A stretch of DNA of 64,000 nucleotides from an uncultured Alphaproteobacteria bacterium (GTDB lineage Bacteria > Pseudomonadota > Alphaproteobacteria > RF32 > CAG-239), in assembly GCA_949297145.1 (NCBI GenBank), contig CASFQO010000008.1:46766-110765 (forward strand), in the 5' to 3' direction. This document shows positions 38,701 through 47,769 of the stretch, piece after piece. The notes beneath the pieces were generated by a model that made no database searches, was not told the origin of the DNA, and was given only the letters and a program-made list of their open reading frames with translations. Numbering within the stretch: the first letter of the stretch is position 1; each line of letters starts with the position of its first letter. The position numbers were made by a program, and so were the translations under genes.

Positions 38701-39196
38701 TATCACCGCGAACGGCATATTCTCCGGATTCCATAACTTGTTCCACACGCGAATAGCCGTTAATGGCAACATAATGCAAAAACTCATCAAAATTAAGTTT
38801 GCCGCCAACCTGAATAGATTTACGCGTGTTAAGAAAGATTTTTTTAGGTGGCAGCTTTTGAATGGCCGCGCCGATACTGGTTAAAACGACTTTACGTTTT
38901 TTTGTATCGTCTAAGACAAGTTTGGCAAGTGTTTCAATACGCTTAGAAAGAACGGTAGCGTTTGGAGAAACTCTGTCATAAGGTACGGTATCCCACGCCG
39001 GAAAAGTTAATAACTCAATTTCCGGTGCAATAAATCTAAGAGTATCATAAGCTTGTTTTAGAGAAGTTCCATCGCTTAAAATACAAAGCACATCTTTTTT
39101 TGTTTTTTCTAATAAATCATATATAGCAAAAGCTTCCGCATCTTTGGCAACGCCGGACAAGTTTTTCTTATTAAAGTAATCAAAATCATTAGACAT
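35717..39196 (-). CDS. mfd: Transcription-repair coupling factor Mfd
   Basis: 1159 aa; superfamily-2 helicase motifs (GDVGFGKTEVA, DEEQHFGV), UvrB-homology and TRG motif. Confidence 0.93.
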   Translation of the reverse strand: MSNDFDYFNKKNLSGVAKDAEAFAIYDLLEKTKKDVLCILSDGTSLKQAYDTLRFIAPEIELLTFPAWDTVPYDRVSPNATVLSKRIETLAKLVLDDTKKRKVVLTSIGAAIQKLPPKKIFLNTRKSIQVGGKLNFDEFLHYVAINGYSRVEQVMESGEYAVRGDIIDIFPSGAEQPLRIDLFDDEVERLRLFDVETQRSTEDLKFYSFDSANEVVLDKNTIKTFRSKYREAFGAEGLKDELYASISEGKKYLGMENWLPFFYEEGLPSLFDYMPGADVILGIDCDNALKAKEETIADHYDARLEALKIRDVSEVDKYRPIDSNLLYLNTQAVTDLIHSRSYVKLSKLALPEAKDNINYGSVPQKIFASLKNISNLTVYEDLAQECQLNKSKKKIICCYTQGSLDRMFNLLKENKFKNLIITENWKDALKNAEKGKIVLIVLELQHGFINDDFFIVTEQDIWGERKNIRSHKKVSAENLISDISSLNVGEYVVHIEHGIGRFEGLENIVTDGVAHDCLKLIYANNDKLYVPVENIDVISRYGAEDSNVTLDVLGGSAWEAKKSRVKEKIKDIAEKLIQIAAQRQMKKAEIFVPERGLYDEFCSRFLYTETDDQLNAVNDVLKDLSLGVPMDRLICGDVGFGKTEVALRAAFTVATCGAQVALIVPTTLLARQHYLNFKERLQGFPVKVKMLSRLVTPKEAREIKQELKDGSLEIVIGTHALLAKDIEFCNLGLLIIDEEQHFGVAHKERLKHLKSDVHILTLSATPIPRTLQLSLTGVKQLSIIATPPVDRLAARTFVMPFDRVMIKEAIYREKYRGGQIFFVCPRVSDILQIEPKLKELVPDVKIAVAHGQMSPTHLEDVMCDFADGKADILLSTTIIESGIDLPKVNTMIIYRADMFGLAQLYQLRGRIGRSKLRGYCYFTIPNQKVLTPVAEKRLNILQALNQLGAGFSLANHDLDIRGAGNILGVEQSGHIKDVGIALYHHLLEEEINRIKARQSGDEHQITAASSDWSVQILTGVPIIIPEKYVADLGVRLGLYKRIGSLKTVEEISDMREELIDRFGPIPEEVENLLKTVEIKQICWLTGIERIEAGARGILIAFHNNTFKNVDKLMDFVTKQLGAIKIRPDQKLFIERDLTSYKTRLDIIKKYVSKLYELSL

Positions 39197-39266
39197 TTGC
39201 AGACACTTCTGTTATTAAGTTACTTAATTAATAACCTAAACCGGAAATTTGTAAAGAACATAAATT

Positions 39267-41348
39267 ATGCGTCCGAATATTTTATATCCTTTATTTGCCA
39301 GTATTGAAAGCATAAAAGGGGTAGGAACGAAATATAGTAAGTTAATAAAGAAGTTGTGCGGTGAAAAAATTATAGACATTTTGTTTCACCTTCCGGTGAG
39401 TTTGGTGGATAGAACTTATAATGAACCTTTGATAAATGCAAAAGATGGAAAAATCTGGACCGGTATTGTAACCATAACGGAACACGTTCCACCCCAAACC
39501 AAAAAACACCCATATCGCATATATTGCACAGATGGAACAGCAGAATTGGTTTTGGTGTTTTTTAAAGTATATGCGGATTCTATAGAAAAAAATTATCCAT
39601 TAGGCGGCAAAAGAGCCATTAGTGGAAAATTAGAATATTTCAACGGAATGTGGCAGATGAGTCATCCGGATTACTCCGTTTCGCCGGAACTACTGCCGCA
39701 AATTATGCGCTTAGAACCGGTTTATCCCCTCACGGCCGGCGTAACCAATAAAATGATATGTAAGCTCGTGGAAGAGGGGCTGAGAAACGTTCCGACTTTG
39801 CCGGAATGGCTATCGCCGGATTCGTTAGGAGATTTAGAATATATAGATTTTAAGTCAGCCTTATATCGTGTACATCATCCCAAAAATCCGGCGGATTTAT
39901 TACCATCATCAACCGCACGAAGAAGATTAGCCTATGATGAAATACTTTCAAACCAATTAGCTTTAGCGCTCATTCGTCAAAAAGTCAGAGCCAAAAACGG
40001 ACGTTCTTTTATTGGCACGGGGAAGCTTTATAAAAAGGCCATAGAAAATCTCCCGTTTAAGCTCACGTCAGCGCAAGAAGAAGCCTTGGCTGAAATAACC
40101 AAAGACCAAAATGCGCCGCATAAGATGCTGCGTTTATTGCAAGGAGATGTCGGCTCGGGGAAAACCGTCGTTGCATTTTTAAGTATGCTGAAAGTGATAG
40201 AAGAGGGGGCGCAAGCGGCACTAATGGCACCAACGGAAATTCTAGCCAAACAACATTATGAAACCATAAGCTCTTTGAGCAAAGGCTTAGGCATCACCGT
40301 AGGATTACTGACCGGCAAACTAAAAGTTAAAGAAAAAAGAGAAATTTACGAAAAGCTGCAAAATGGAGAAATCAATCTTTTAATAGGCACGCATGCCTTA
40401 TTTACGGAAGGCGTTACGTTTAAAGATTTAGGTTATGCCGTAATTGATGAACAACACAGATTCGGTGTAAATCAAAGACTATCGCTTTCCTCAAAAGGAA
40501 CAATGAGTGATGTTTTGGTAATGACGGCAACCCCGATTCCAAGAAGTCTATTATTAACTGCTTATGGAGATATGGATTATACCAAAATAGGAGAGCTTCC
40601 AGCCGGAAGAAAACCCTGCGTCACAGCGGTGATGAACGTGAATAAAATGCCAGACATTATCGCGGCATTACATCGCAAATTAGCAGAAGGAGGACGTGCA
40701 TACTGGGTTTGCCCGCTGGTGGAGGAGTCGGAAAAATCCGATTTGGCAGCAGCAACCGAACGAAGCGAAATGTTGAAGCAGTACTTTGGCGATGTTGTGG
40801 GGCTAATTCATGGAAAGATGAAAGAAGCCGAAAAAGACGCAGTCATGGAGCAATTTAAAAAAGGCGAAAAGAAACTGCTCGTTGCAACCACAGTCATAGA
40901 GGTTGGTGTGAATGTACCGGAAGCAACCGTGATGATAATAGAGCACGCGGAAAGATTTGGTCTTTCACAATTGCATCAATTAAGAGGAAGAATAAAAAGA
41001 GGATATGAAGCCGGAACTTGCATTTTGCTTTATTCATATCCGATAAGCAGTATTGCCAGAGAGCGTTTAAATATCATGAAGCAAACTGAAGATGGATTTT
41101 ATATTGCAGAAAAGGATTTGGAACTAAGAGGCGGTGGAGAGATATTAGGAACAAGACAATCTGGATTTACACAATTCAAGTTAGCCGATATGAGTGTCCA
41201 CCAAGATTTATTGATAAAAGCGCGAGATGATGTCCATAATATATTAAAACAAGACCAGAGTTTAACAACGCCTCGCGGACAAGCTTTAAGAGTATTGCTA
41301 TATTTATTTGAACAAAACGAAGCAGTAAAGACTTACCTTGCCGGATAG
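39267..41348 (+). CDS. recG: ATP-dependent DNA helicase RecG
   Basis: 693 aa; wedge domain plus helicase motifs GDVGSGKTVVA, DEQHRFGV, QLHQLRGRIKRG. Confidence 0.92.
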   Translation: MRPNILYPLFASIESIKGVGTKYSKLIKKLCGEKIIDILFHLPVSLVDRTYNEPLINAKDGKIWTGIVTITEHVPPQTKKHPYRIYCTDGTAELVLVFFKVYADSIEKNYPLGGKRAISGKLEYFNGMWQMSHPDYSVSPELLPQIMRLEPVYPLTAGVTNKMICKLVEEGLRNVPTLPEWLSPDSLGDLEYIDFKSALYRVHHPKNPADLLPSSTARRRLAYDEILSNQLALALIRQKVRAKNGRSFIGTGKLYKKAIENLPFKLTSAQEEALAEITKDQNAPHKMLRLLQGDVGSGKTVVAFLSMLKVIEEGAQAALMAPTEILAKQHYETISSLSKGLGITVGLLTGKLKVKEKREIYEKLQNGEINLLIGTHALFTEGVTFKDLGYAVIDEQHRFGVNQRLSLSSKGTMSDVLVMTATPIPRSLLLTAYGDMDYTKIGELPAGRKPCVTAVMNVNKMPDIIAALHRKLAEGGRAYWVCPLVEESEKSDLAAATERSEMLKQYFGDVVGLIHGKMKEAEKDAVMEQFKKGEKKLLVATTVIEVGVNVPEATVMIIEHAERFGLSQLHQLRGRIKRGYEAGTCILLYSYPISSIARERLNIMKQTEDGFYIAEKDLELRGGGEILGTRQSGFTQFKLADMSVHQDLLIKARDDVHNILKQDQSLTTPRGQALRVLLYLFEQNEAVKTYLAG

Positions 41349-41491
41349 ATGAAAGTTAAAACAACTATCAAGCAACCCCTTATACACATACAAGTACAAT
41401 CAAAGAGATGACGAGACTTTAATTTCTCTTTTAACGATAAATTCAGCATTCACCGCTAAAATACCATCAAAATCATAGGAGAAGAGAAAAG

Positions 41492-42274
41492 ATGAAAAAA
41501 ATCAGTATTGCCTGCATAATTGCCACAATCATAACCACCAGTTGCTCCTTGTTTAATCTGAACAAGGAAGAAAAATTTGTAAATCCGGTCTTTTATGAAA
41601 AAATGATTTCAGCATCGCATGCAAAGTTTGAAATGCAATTAACCCCAACAAATATTTATATGGTCTCCAGTAAAGACTTTAAGTATAATTATACCTGCAA
41701 ACTCATTAACAACCAAATGGATACAGTTAGTTTGGAATGTTTTAAATATAACTACAAAAACGAAAAAGAAGAGACACAAGTTTTCACATATACTCTAAAA
41801 CCTTGCAATGAAGAAAATATGTGTCTGGATAAAGGGGGCTGGCTCGTTTATCAAAAAATCAGACCTATCAAATATTATGATGAAACAATCACCTATATAA
41901 TTCCTTCAAAATCTGAAAACGCTCCCAAAGATAAATTTGTAAATCCTTTGTTTTATAAAAAATTATCTCCCAGATCCAAAAATACAAGACCAACCTTTTT
42001 AACACCGACTTCTGTCACATACTATGACTTATATGGCAACGCGGTTGTTGGAAGATGTAAAATACTGGAAAACACACCGATGTTTGTGACATTAGATTGT
42101 ACTTTTTATGTTGAAGAAACTAAAGAAACATATAGTCAAATTGTTCGCTATGTATTAAGAGGTTGCGATGAGCAAAAAGAATATTGCTTTGGCGGTAAAT
42201 GGTTTGTACTGGAAAATGCATTCGGAAATAGTATAGGAACACTCGTCATAGATAAAAAAGATATGGGGCAGTAA
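41492..42274 (+). CDS. Lipoprotein, tandem paralog A (260 aa), with an internal two-fold repeat of a ~125-aa 4-Cys module
   Basis: Lipobox ITTSC; about 90% identity to the next gene; conserved 5' region. Confidence 0.6.
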   Translation: MKKISIACIIATIITTSCSLFNLNKEEKFVNPVFYEKMISASHAKFEMQLTPTNIYMVSSKDFKYNYTCKLINNQMDTVSLECFKYNYKNEKEETQVFTYTLKPCNEENMCLDKGGWLVYQKIRPIKYYDETITYIIPSKSENAPKDKFVNPLFYKKLSPRSKNTRPTFLTPTSVTYYDLYGNAVVGRCKILENTPMFVTLDCTFYVEETKETYSQIVRYVLRGCDEQKEYCFGGKWFVLENAFGNSIGTLVIDKKDMGQ

Positions 42275-42288
42275 AAACCGCCCCTTTT
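42265..42288 (+). terminator. Rho-independent terminator after lipoprotein paralog A
   Basis: GGGGCAG…CCGCCCC stem followed by TTTT; the same element recurs at 43121-43144. Confidence 0.55.
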
Positions 42289-42347
42289 AACGATAAATTC
42301 AACTTTTCTCCCTAAAATACCATCAAAATCAATGGAGAAGATAAAAG

Positions 42348-43130
42348 ATGAAAAAAATCAGTATCGCCTGCATAATTGCCACAATCATAACCACCAGTTG
42401 CTCCTTGTTTAATCTGAACAAGGAAGAAAAATTTGTAAATCCGGTCTTTTATGAAAAAATGATTTCGGCATCGCATTCAAAGTTTGAAGTGCAATTAACC
42501 CCAACAAGTATCTATATGGTTTCCAGTAAAGATTTTAAGTATAATTATACTTGCAAACTCATTAACAACCAAATGGATACAGTTAGCTTGGAATGTTTTA
42601 AATATAACTACAAAAACGAAAAAGAAGAGACACAAGTTTTCACATATACTCTAAAACCTTGCAATGAAGAAAATATGTGTCTGGATAAAGGGGGCTGGCT
42701 CGTTTATCAAAAAATCAGACCTTTCAAATATTTTGATGAAACAATCACCTATATAATCCCCTCAAAGTCTGAAAACGCTCCCAAAGATAAATTTGTAAAT
42801 CCATTGTTTTATAAAAAATTATCTCCCATATCACGAGATACAAGACCAACCTTTTTAACGCCAACTTCTGTTACCACGATAGATTTATATGGAAAAGAGG
42901 ACGTTGGAAGATGTAAAATGCTGGAAAACACACCGATGTTTGTGACATTAGATTGTACTTTTTATGTTGAAGAAACTAAAGAAACATATAGTCATGTTGT
43001 TCGTTATGTATTAAGAGGTTGCAACGAGCAAAAAGAATATTGCTTTGGAGGTAAATGGTTTGTATTGGAAAATGAATCTGGTAGTGCTTTTGGAACATTT
43101 GTAATCAAAGAAAAAGATATGGGGCAGTAA
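42348..43130 (+). CDS. Lipoprotein, tandem paralog B (260 aa)
   Basis: N-terminus identical to paralog A; divergent in the last third. Confidence 0.6.
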   Translation: MKKISIACIIATIITTSCSLFNLNKEEKFVNPVFYEKMISASHSKFEVQLTPTSIYMVSSKDFKYNYTCKLINNQMDTVSLECFKYNYKNEKEETQVFTYTLKPCNEENMCLDKGGWLVYQKIRPFKYFDETITYIIPSKSENAPKDKFVNPLFYKKLSPISRDTRPTFLTPTSVTTIDLYGKEDVGRCKMLENTPMFVTLDCTFYVEETKETYSHVVRYVLRGCNEQKEYCFGGKWFVLENESGSAFGTFVIKEKDMGQ

Positions 43131-43144
43131 AAACCGCCCCTTTT
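43121..43144 (+). terminator. Rho-independent terminator after lipoprotein paralog B
   Basis: Same GGGGCAGTAAAAACCGCCCC TTTT element as after paralog A. Confidence 0.55.
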
Positions 43145-43203
43145 AACGATAAATTCAACATTCACCGCTAAAATGCCATTAAAATCAGTGGAGAAGAGAA
43201 AAG

Positions 43204-43701
43204 ATGAAAAAAATAGGCACAATTTTAGTTATCATACTACTAAGCATATCCGTAGCAAATGCCAAAGAAGTTATTCATGGAATTGATATTGATGAAGTGT
43301 ACAATAATGGCGATTGGAGTAGTAAAGAATACATTAAACAATTAATAAACGACTATACTTTATTTATAGAGATAAAAAAGCAATTAAACGAATGTTCAAC
43401 AAATCAATCAGATCAAGCAAACTGCATAGATACAATAACTCAAAAAATACTGCAAAATTTCTATACGGATTTTACCTTAAATTGGAATAATTACAATGAA
43501 TTTAAAAAAATAAGTCAAAAAATTTATTCCGTACCATATTGCTCTGATAAATTTTCAGGTGCAGGAGGTACAATGTGCGAAATAGACACAGAAATTCATA
43601 TTTCATCTATTTTAAATGCATATGCAGAAACGCTACTATCATCGCTAAATAATATTTTTAGTGAAAACTACCCTTTTTTACAAAATTACACCTCAAACTA
43701 A
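43204..43701 (+). CDS. Secreted hypothetical protein (165 aa, 4 Cys) sharing the repeated 5' UTR/RBS of the two lipoprotein genes
   Basis: Signal peptide MKKIGTILVIILLSISVANA; third copy of the conserved upstream element. Confidence 0.5.
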   Translation: MKKIGTILVIILLSISVANAKEVIHGIDIDEVYNNGDWSSKEYIKQLINDYTLFIEIKKQLNECSTNQSDQANCIDTITQKILQNFYTDFTLNWNNYNEFKKISQKIYSVPYCSDKFSGAGGTMCEIDTEIHISSILNAYAETLLSSLNNIFSENYPFLQNYTSN

Positions 43702-43741
43702 ATAGAGAGATGGAATTTTCCTCCATCTCTCTATTGGGCAA

Positions 43742-44575
43742 TTAGTCCGCTAGATGTGCATCTCGAGCTCTATTAAGCCAACCTTGTAAAAATTTTTTCT
43801 TTTTAGGTTCTTTTCTTACAACCTTATAAAAGTATTTCATCATTTCTGTCCGATATTGATTCAAAAAAAGCTCATAATCTTTCTGTGTAAAAGATTTAAA
43901 CTTATCTAATGTTGTTGTCCCGATAATATTACCTTCAGGAATACCTAAAACCCGATGTGTTGTTTTTATTGCTGTTAAAGGATTAGAAACAACACCAAAA
44001 TCAACAACAGCCCCACGTATTTGATAAGGTAGCTTATTAAGACCATTCCATTTATAATAATTTTTATAGAAAATAGCATTAGCTCTTTCTCTCGTTAAAT
44101 TTTTAATATCTTCATTTGGATAAGTATTTTTTGAAATACCCATATTTGTTTCACCACCACTATCATCTTTATCATTATTATATCCGCCCTCGTTAGGAAT
44201 AAGATAATCATTTACTATATGATAAAACTCTGCATCATTCAACATTTCATCAATAAAATTTTTACTAAAACCTTCACCATATTTTGCATAATCCACTGTG
44301 GCATCACTTGCATGGTTAGTCCTATCATTTTTGGCGTATTGTGTGCCTTGAGATGATAAAAGCGAATTTCCGGTTTCTTGTGTTAAAATTTTCTGAGCCA
44401 GCCCATTTTGATTAGCCATCATATAAGCCATTGAGTCATGAATATCGGCATTTTTTTCAATTCCCTCTAATGAGCCATATTTTCGCAACAATCTTTTCAA
44501 TTCCAATTCATTATCTGCATCCGCCAATCGCTGATGTTCAAGAATATCATCATCAAAATTATAAGAAAAGGTCAT
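43742..44575 (-). CDS. Glycoside hydrolase family 108 (lysozyme-like) protein with a C-terminal peptidoglycan-binding (PG_binding_3-like) region and a ~120-aa N-terminal extension
   Basis: NEGGYNNDKDDSGGETNMGI matches the GH108 EGGY-x-D-GG-T-x-GI signature; C-terminal …FLQGWLNRARD. Confidence 0.6.
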   Translation of the reverse strand: MTFSYNFDDDILEHQRLADADNELELKRLLRKYGSLEGIEKNADIHDSMAYMMANQNGLAQKILTQETGNSLLSSQGTQYAKNDRTNHASDATVDYAKYGEGFSKNFIDEMLNDAEFYHIVNDYLIPNEGGYNNDKDDSGGETNMGISKNTYPNEDIKNLTRERANAIFYKNYYKWNGLNKLPYQIRGAVVDFGVVSNPLTAIKTTHRVLGIPEGNIIGTTTLDKFKSFTQKDYELFLNQYRTEMMKYFYKVVRKEPKKKKFLQGWLNRARDAHLAD

Positions 44576-44861
44576 GTTTCTTTCCTTTCATAACAAAAAT
44601 TAAAACAAAAAAGAGCCACGAAAAAATGTCGTAGCTCTTGGTTAAAAATAGGATTGTCCACTTGTAAATTTCCCATAAAAAAAGCCCTCAAACCGAGAGC
44701 CAAATCCGGGATATACAAACACACTCACCCATTATGACAACATTTATACCTTCCCCCGACAGAACTGTCAATACATCTGAAAATAAAACGAAAAATATTT
44801 TTGCAAAGTAAAAATAAGACCATACAAATTGAATAAAATCTTCACGCAAGAATAAAGGCAC

Positions 44862-44895
44862 CGAGTAAAGAGCTTGGTGCCTTTATTTTATATAT
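44862..44895 (+). terminator. Orphan rho-independent terminator-like hairpin in a 490-bp intergenic region
   Basis: AAAGGCACC-(loop)-GGTGCCTTT followed by ATTTTAT. Confidence 0.35.
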
Positions 44896-45066
44896 AACTT
44901 TTGCCAAAAATTATTTTTCCAGTGGACTATAAATAATTCCTGCAAAAAATCATAAAGGTATTATAATTTCTATAACTATAAATTTGCTTTAAATGAGTTA
45001 AGCAGAATATTAGCAAATATTTTACCATTTGACGCTTATGATTTCTCAAACATAAGGAGAAAGATA

Positions 45067-46104
45067 ATGTCGTGCTATTTAATTACCGGAGGAGCCGGAT
45101 TTTTCGGAACAGTACTAAAACAATATTTGTTGGATAAAGGAAACGAATGCATCAGCATAGATTTGGAGCCGGATGCTTTTAGACATAAAAATTTCACAGC
45201 CTACCAAGGCGACATTAACGATAAAGAACTAATGGAAAAAATCTTCTCCACCCATAAAATAGACGCCATCTTTCATTGTGCCGCATTATTAGCACACGTA
45301 AAAAAAGACTTGAAGAGATTATGGCATGCCAATGTAGACGGTACACAAAGCGTATATGATTTTGCTCTTCGTTATGGTGTAAAAAAGATAGTGTTTATTT
45401 CAAGCAATTGCTTGTGGGCCAAAAATTTTGATACGGAAGTAACCGAAGAAGAAACACCAAATCCGGTAGAAATATATGGCAAGTCAAAATTAGAAGGTGA
45501 AAAAATCTTATTATCGCAACCAGATAAAATAAACAGTATCATTTTCCGCAGTCCAACGATAATGGATGAGGGGCGCTTGGGGTTGCTAGGAATCCTTTTT
45601 GAATTTATTGATGAGGGCCGAAAATTACCGATGGTCGGCGATGGCACAAACCGTTATCAATTTATTTACGCAAAAGATTTAGCAAGAGCTTGCGAATTAG
45701 CTTTAGATGCAGATTATTCGGACGTATTTAATATAGGCGCCGATGATGTTAAAAGTTTCAATGAAGTCTATGAATATGTCATCAAAAAATCCGGTTCCAA
45801 ATCACGCTTATTCCATTTTCCGAAACTCCCAATGATATGGGCGATGAAAATCTGTTTTTGGCTTGGAATATCGCCTTTAGGTCCGTACCAATATAAAATG
45901 ATTGCTTCAAATTTTATTTTTGATACTCAAAAAATAAAACAAAAATTAGGATTCAAACCAACCTTAACCAATGAAGAAATGCTTTTACGCGCTTATGAGT
46001 TTTACCACAAAAATAAGGATGAAATTTTACACCGTAAAAATGTATCAGCACACAATTCCGTTGCTAAAATGGGTGTAATAAAAATCTTAAAATGGTTGAT
46101 GTAG
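45067..46104 (+). CDS. NAD-dependent epimerase/dehydratase family protein (SDR extended family)
   Basis: N-terminal ITGGAGFFG Rossmann motif; Y-x3-K active-site pair (YGKSK). Confidence 0.8.
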   Translation: MSCYLITGGAGFFGTVLKQYLLDKGNECISIDLEPDAFRHKNFTAYQGDINDKELMEKIFSTHKIDAIFHCAALLAHVKKDLKRLWHANVDGTQSVYDFALRYGVKKIVFISSNCLWAKNFDTEVTEEETPNPVEIYGKSKLEGEKILLSQPDKINSIIFRSPTIMDEGRLGLLGILFEFIDEGRKLPMVGDGTNRYQFIYAKDLARACELALDADYSDVFNIGADDVKSFNEVYEYVIKKSGSKSRLFHFPKLPMIWAMKICFWLGISPLGPYQYKMIASNFIFDTQKIKQKLGFKPTLTNEEMLLRAYEFYHKNKDEILHRKNVSAHNSVAKMGVIKILKWLM

Positions 46105-46128
46105 AAATCTAAATCAACTATCTTCTTA

Positions 46129-47166
46129 TTACTTTTTAAATTTAAGAAAGTAATAAGCTGTGTAAGCAAAGGCATAATTTATGGCAAGCCAACCTATCCA
46201 ATAAATAATTTGCCAAATGGCAGATTGAGATTCAACAGCATACTGAATGAAATTTCCCCGATACAGAAAACCATTAAAACCAAAAAGATATGGACTTATT
46301 TTTCCAGTAAAAACCCAAAACTGGTTTTGAGTAGGAAATAATTTATAAATACTCAAAAAGATAACAGCACTAAAAAGGAAACTGAAAGCAAAAGCATAGA
46401 AGTATATTTGAGCCAAAATAAGTACTATAAGTGATACGAGTAGAGAGAGCAGATTGAAGCGACGTGCACTAAGAAAAAGTAATTTTTGCTCATACAAGGC
46501 TAAAAATATCCCTAAAGAAAATTCAGGAATATGTCCGGCAGCATTTGCATACAGACTAACCGTGGCTCCATTAAAATTAATCCAATAAAAGGCAAGAACA
46601 ACGTAAACAAACCAAATAAAAATAATGTTAGAAATATCTTTAGAAATCAATTTATATAAAACGAAAAAACAAAGATAAAGTTGAATAATTAAAGAAAAGA
46701 ACCACCATGGTCCACAAACAATAAATAAGGTTTCAGGAGTTAAAGTAGATGTTAACGATAAAACCTTACCAAGAGCTTTAAAATTAATATCAGGGACAAT
46801 AACACAGTAGACGCAAGCACTAATAAGAAATAGTTTATAAATCTTAAAAATATGCGCAGCAATAAATGGAATAACCTTTTTCTTTGTATTTACAAAAGAC
46901 TTAGTAATTCCGTATCCGCTGAGAAAAACAAAAATATACACGCCATAAAATCCTAAGAAGGAAAAAAGACAGTTAACAATTTCCGACCAACTGAAGTCTT
47001 GAATAAATTTAGAAAAGTTAGCAGGATTAAGCGCCATTTCATTTTGATAAGTAACAGGAGGAAAAAGATGAAAAAAATTATGGGAAATAATACAGAAAAT
47101 TGCGATTCCCTTTAAGGCAAGAGATTGATTTCTGGTCAAATATACCTCACTGTTATCGCTCATCAC
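46129..47166 (-). CDS. Acyltransferase-3 family integral membrane protein
   Basis: 345 aa with ~10 hydrophobic segments; composition typical of OafA/acyltransferase_3 proteins. Confidence 0.6.
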   Translation of the reverse strand: MMSDNSEVYLTRNQSLALKGIAIFCIISHNFFHLFPPVTYQNEMALNPANFSKFIQDFSWSEIVNCLFSFLGFYGVYIFVFLSGYGITKSFVNTKKKVIPFIAAHIFKIYKLFLISACVYCVIVPDINFKALGKVLSLTSTLTPETLFIVCGPWWFFSLIIQLYLCFFVLYKLISKDISNIIFIWFVYVVLAFYWINFNGATVSLYANAAGHIPEFSLGIFLALYEQKLLFLSARRFNLLSLLVSLIVLILAQIYFYAFAFSFLFSAVIFLSIYKLFPTQNQFWVFTGKISPYLFGFNGFLYRGNFIQYAVESQSAIWQIIYWIGWLAINYAFAYTAYYFLKFKK

Positions 47167-47698
47167 AAACCTCCTTATTTAAAATTTCCGAAGCAACGTC
47201 ATAATTAAAACCAGCCCGGATAAGCGTAGCAAGATCTTTTTGTTGCATCTCTTTACGGGTACTTTCATCGGCGCGAAAACAAGCAATTTTCTTTTTGCGG
47301 GCAAAGTTTAGAGCTGTTTCAAATTCAGAATATTCTGAATTATCAAAAAAACGATTGACAATTTGCTCATCAATACCTTTTGCTCGAAGTTTTTGCTCAA
47401 TGTATCGACGAGATTTTCCGGCACGAAGATAATCATTGATTTTAAATTCCGCAAAACGTTCATCACTAACAAAATGATGAGAAACACACTCCTCGATAAT
47501 TTCCTCCACCCACTGATAGGCTTGTTCTGGAGAGTAATCTTTATTGACGAAAGCATATTTATCAATCCGTTTACGCAAAACGCTGCGAAGATTGTCAACA
47601 GAAGTTTCGTAGCGCTCCAAATAATATAGAGCCACATTGCGCAAGCGAACTTTTGTCGGTATTTTAGGTTGCGATTTTTTCGTTTTTTCTGTAAACAC
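47153..47698 (-). CDS. recX: Regulatory protein RecX-like
   Basis: 181 aa; triple helical-repeat pattern; …AEFKINDYLRAGKSRRYIEQKLRAKGIDEQIV… resembles the RecX consensus. Confidence 0.6.
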   Translation of the reverse strand: MFTEKTKKSQPKIPTKVRLRNVALYYLERYETSVDNLRSVLRKRIDKYAFVNKDYSPEQAYQWVEEIIEECVSHHFVSDERFAEFKINDYLRAGKSRRYIEQKLRAKGIDEQIVNRFFDNSEYSEFETALNFARKKKIACFRADESTRKEMQQKDLATLIRAGFNYDVASEILNKEVCDER

Positions 47699-47769
47699 TT
47701 GAAAATTACCTTTTAATATACTAACTTCAACATAAGTGTATATATCTTTATATAATAGGAGATAAAGAA

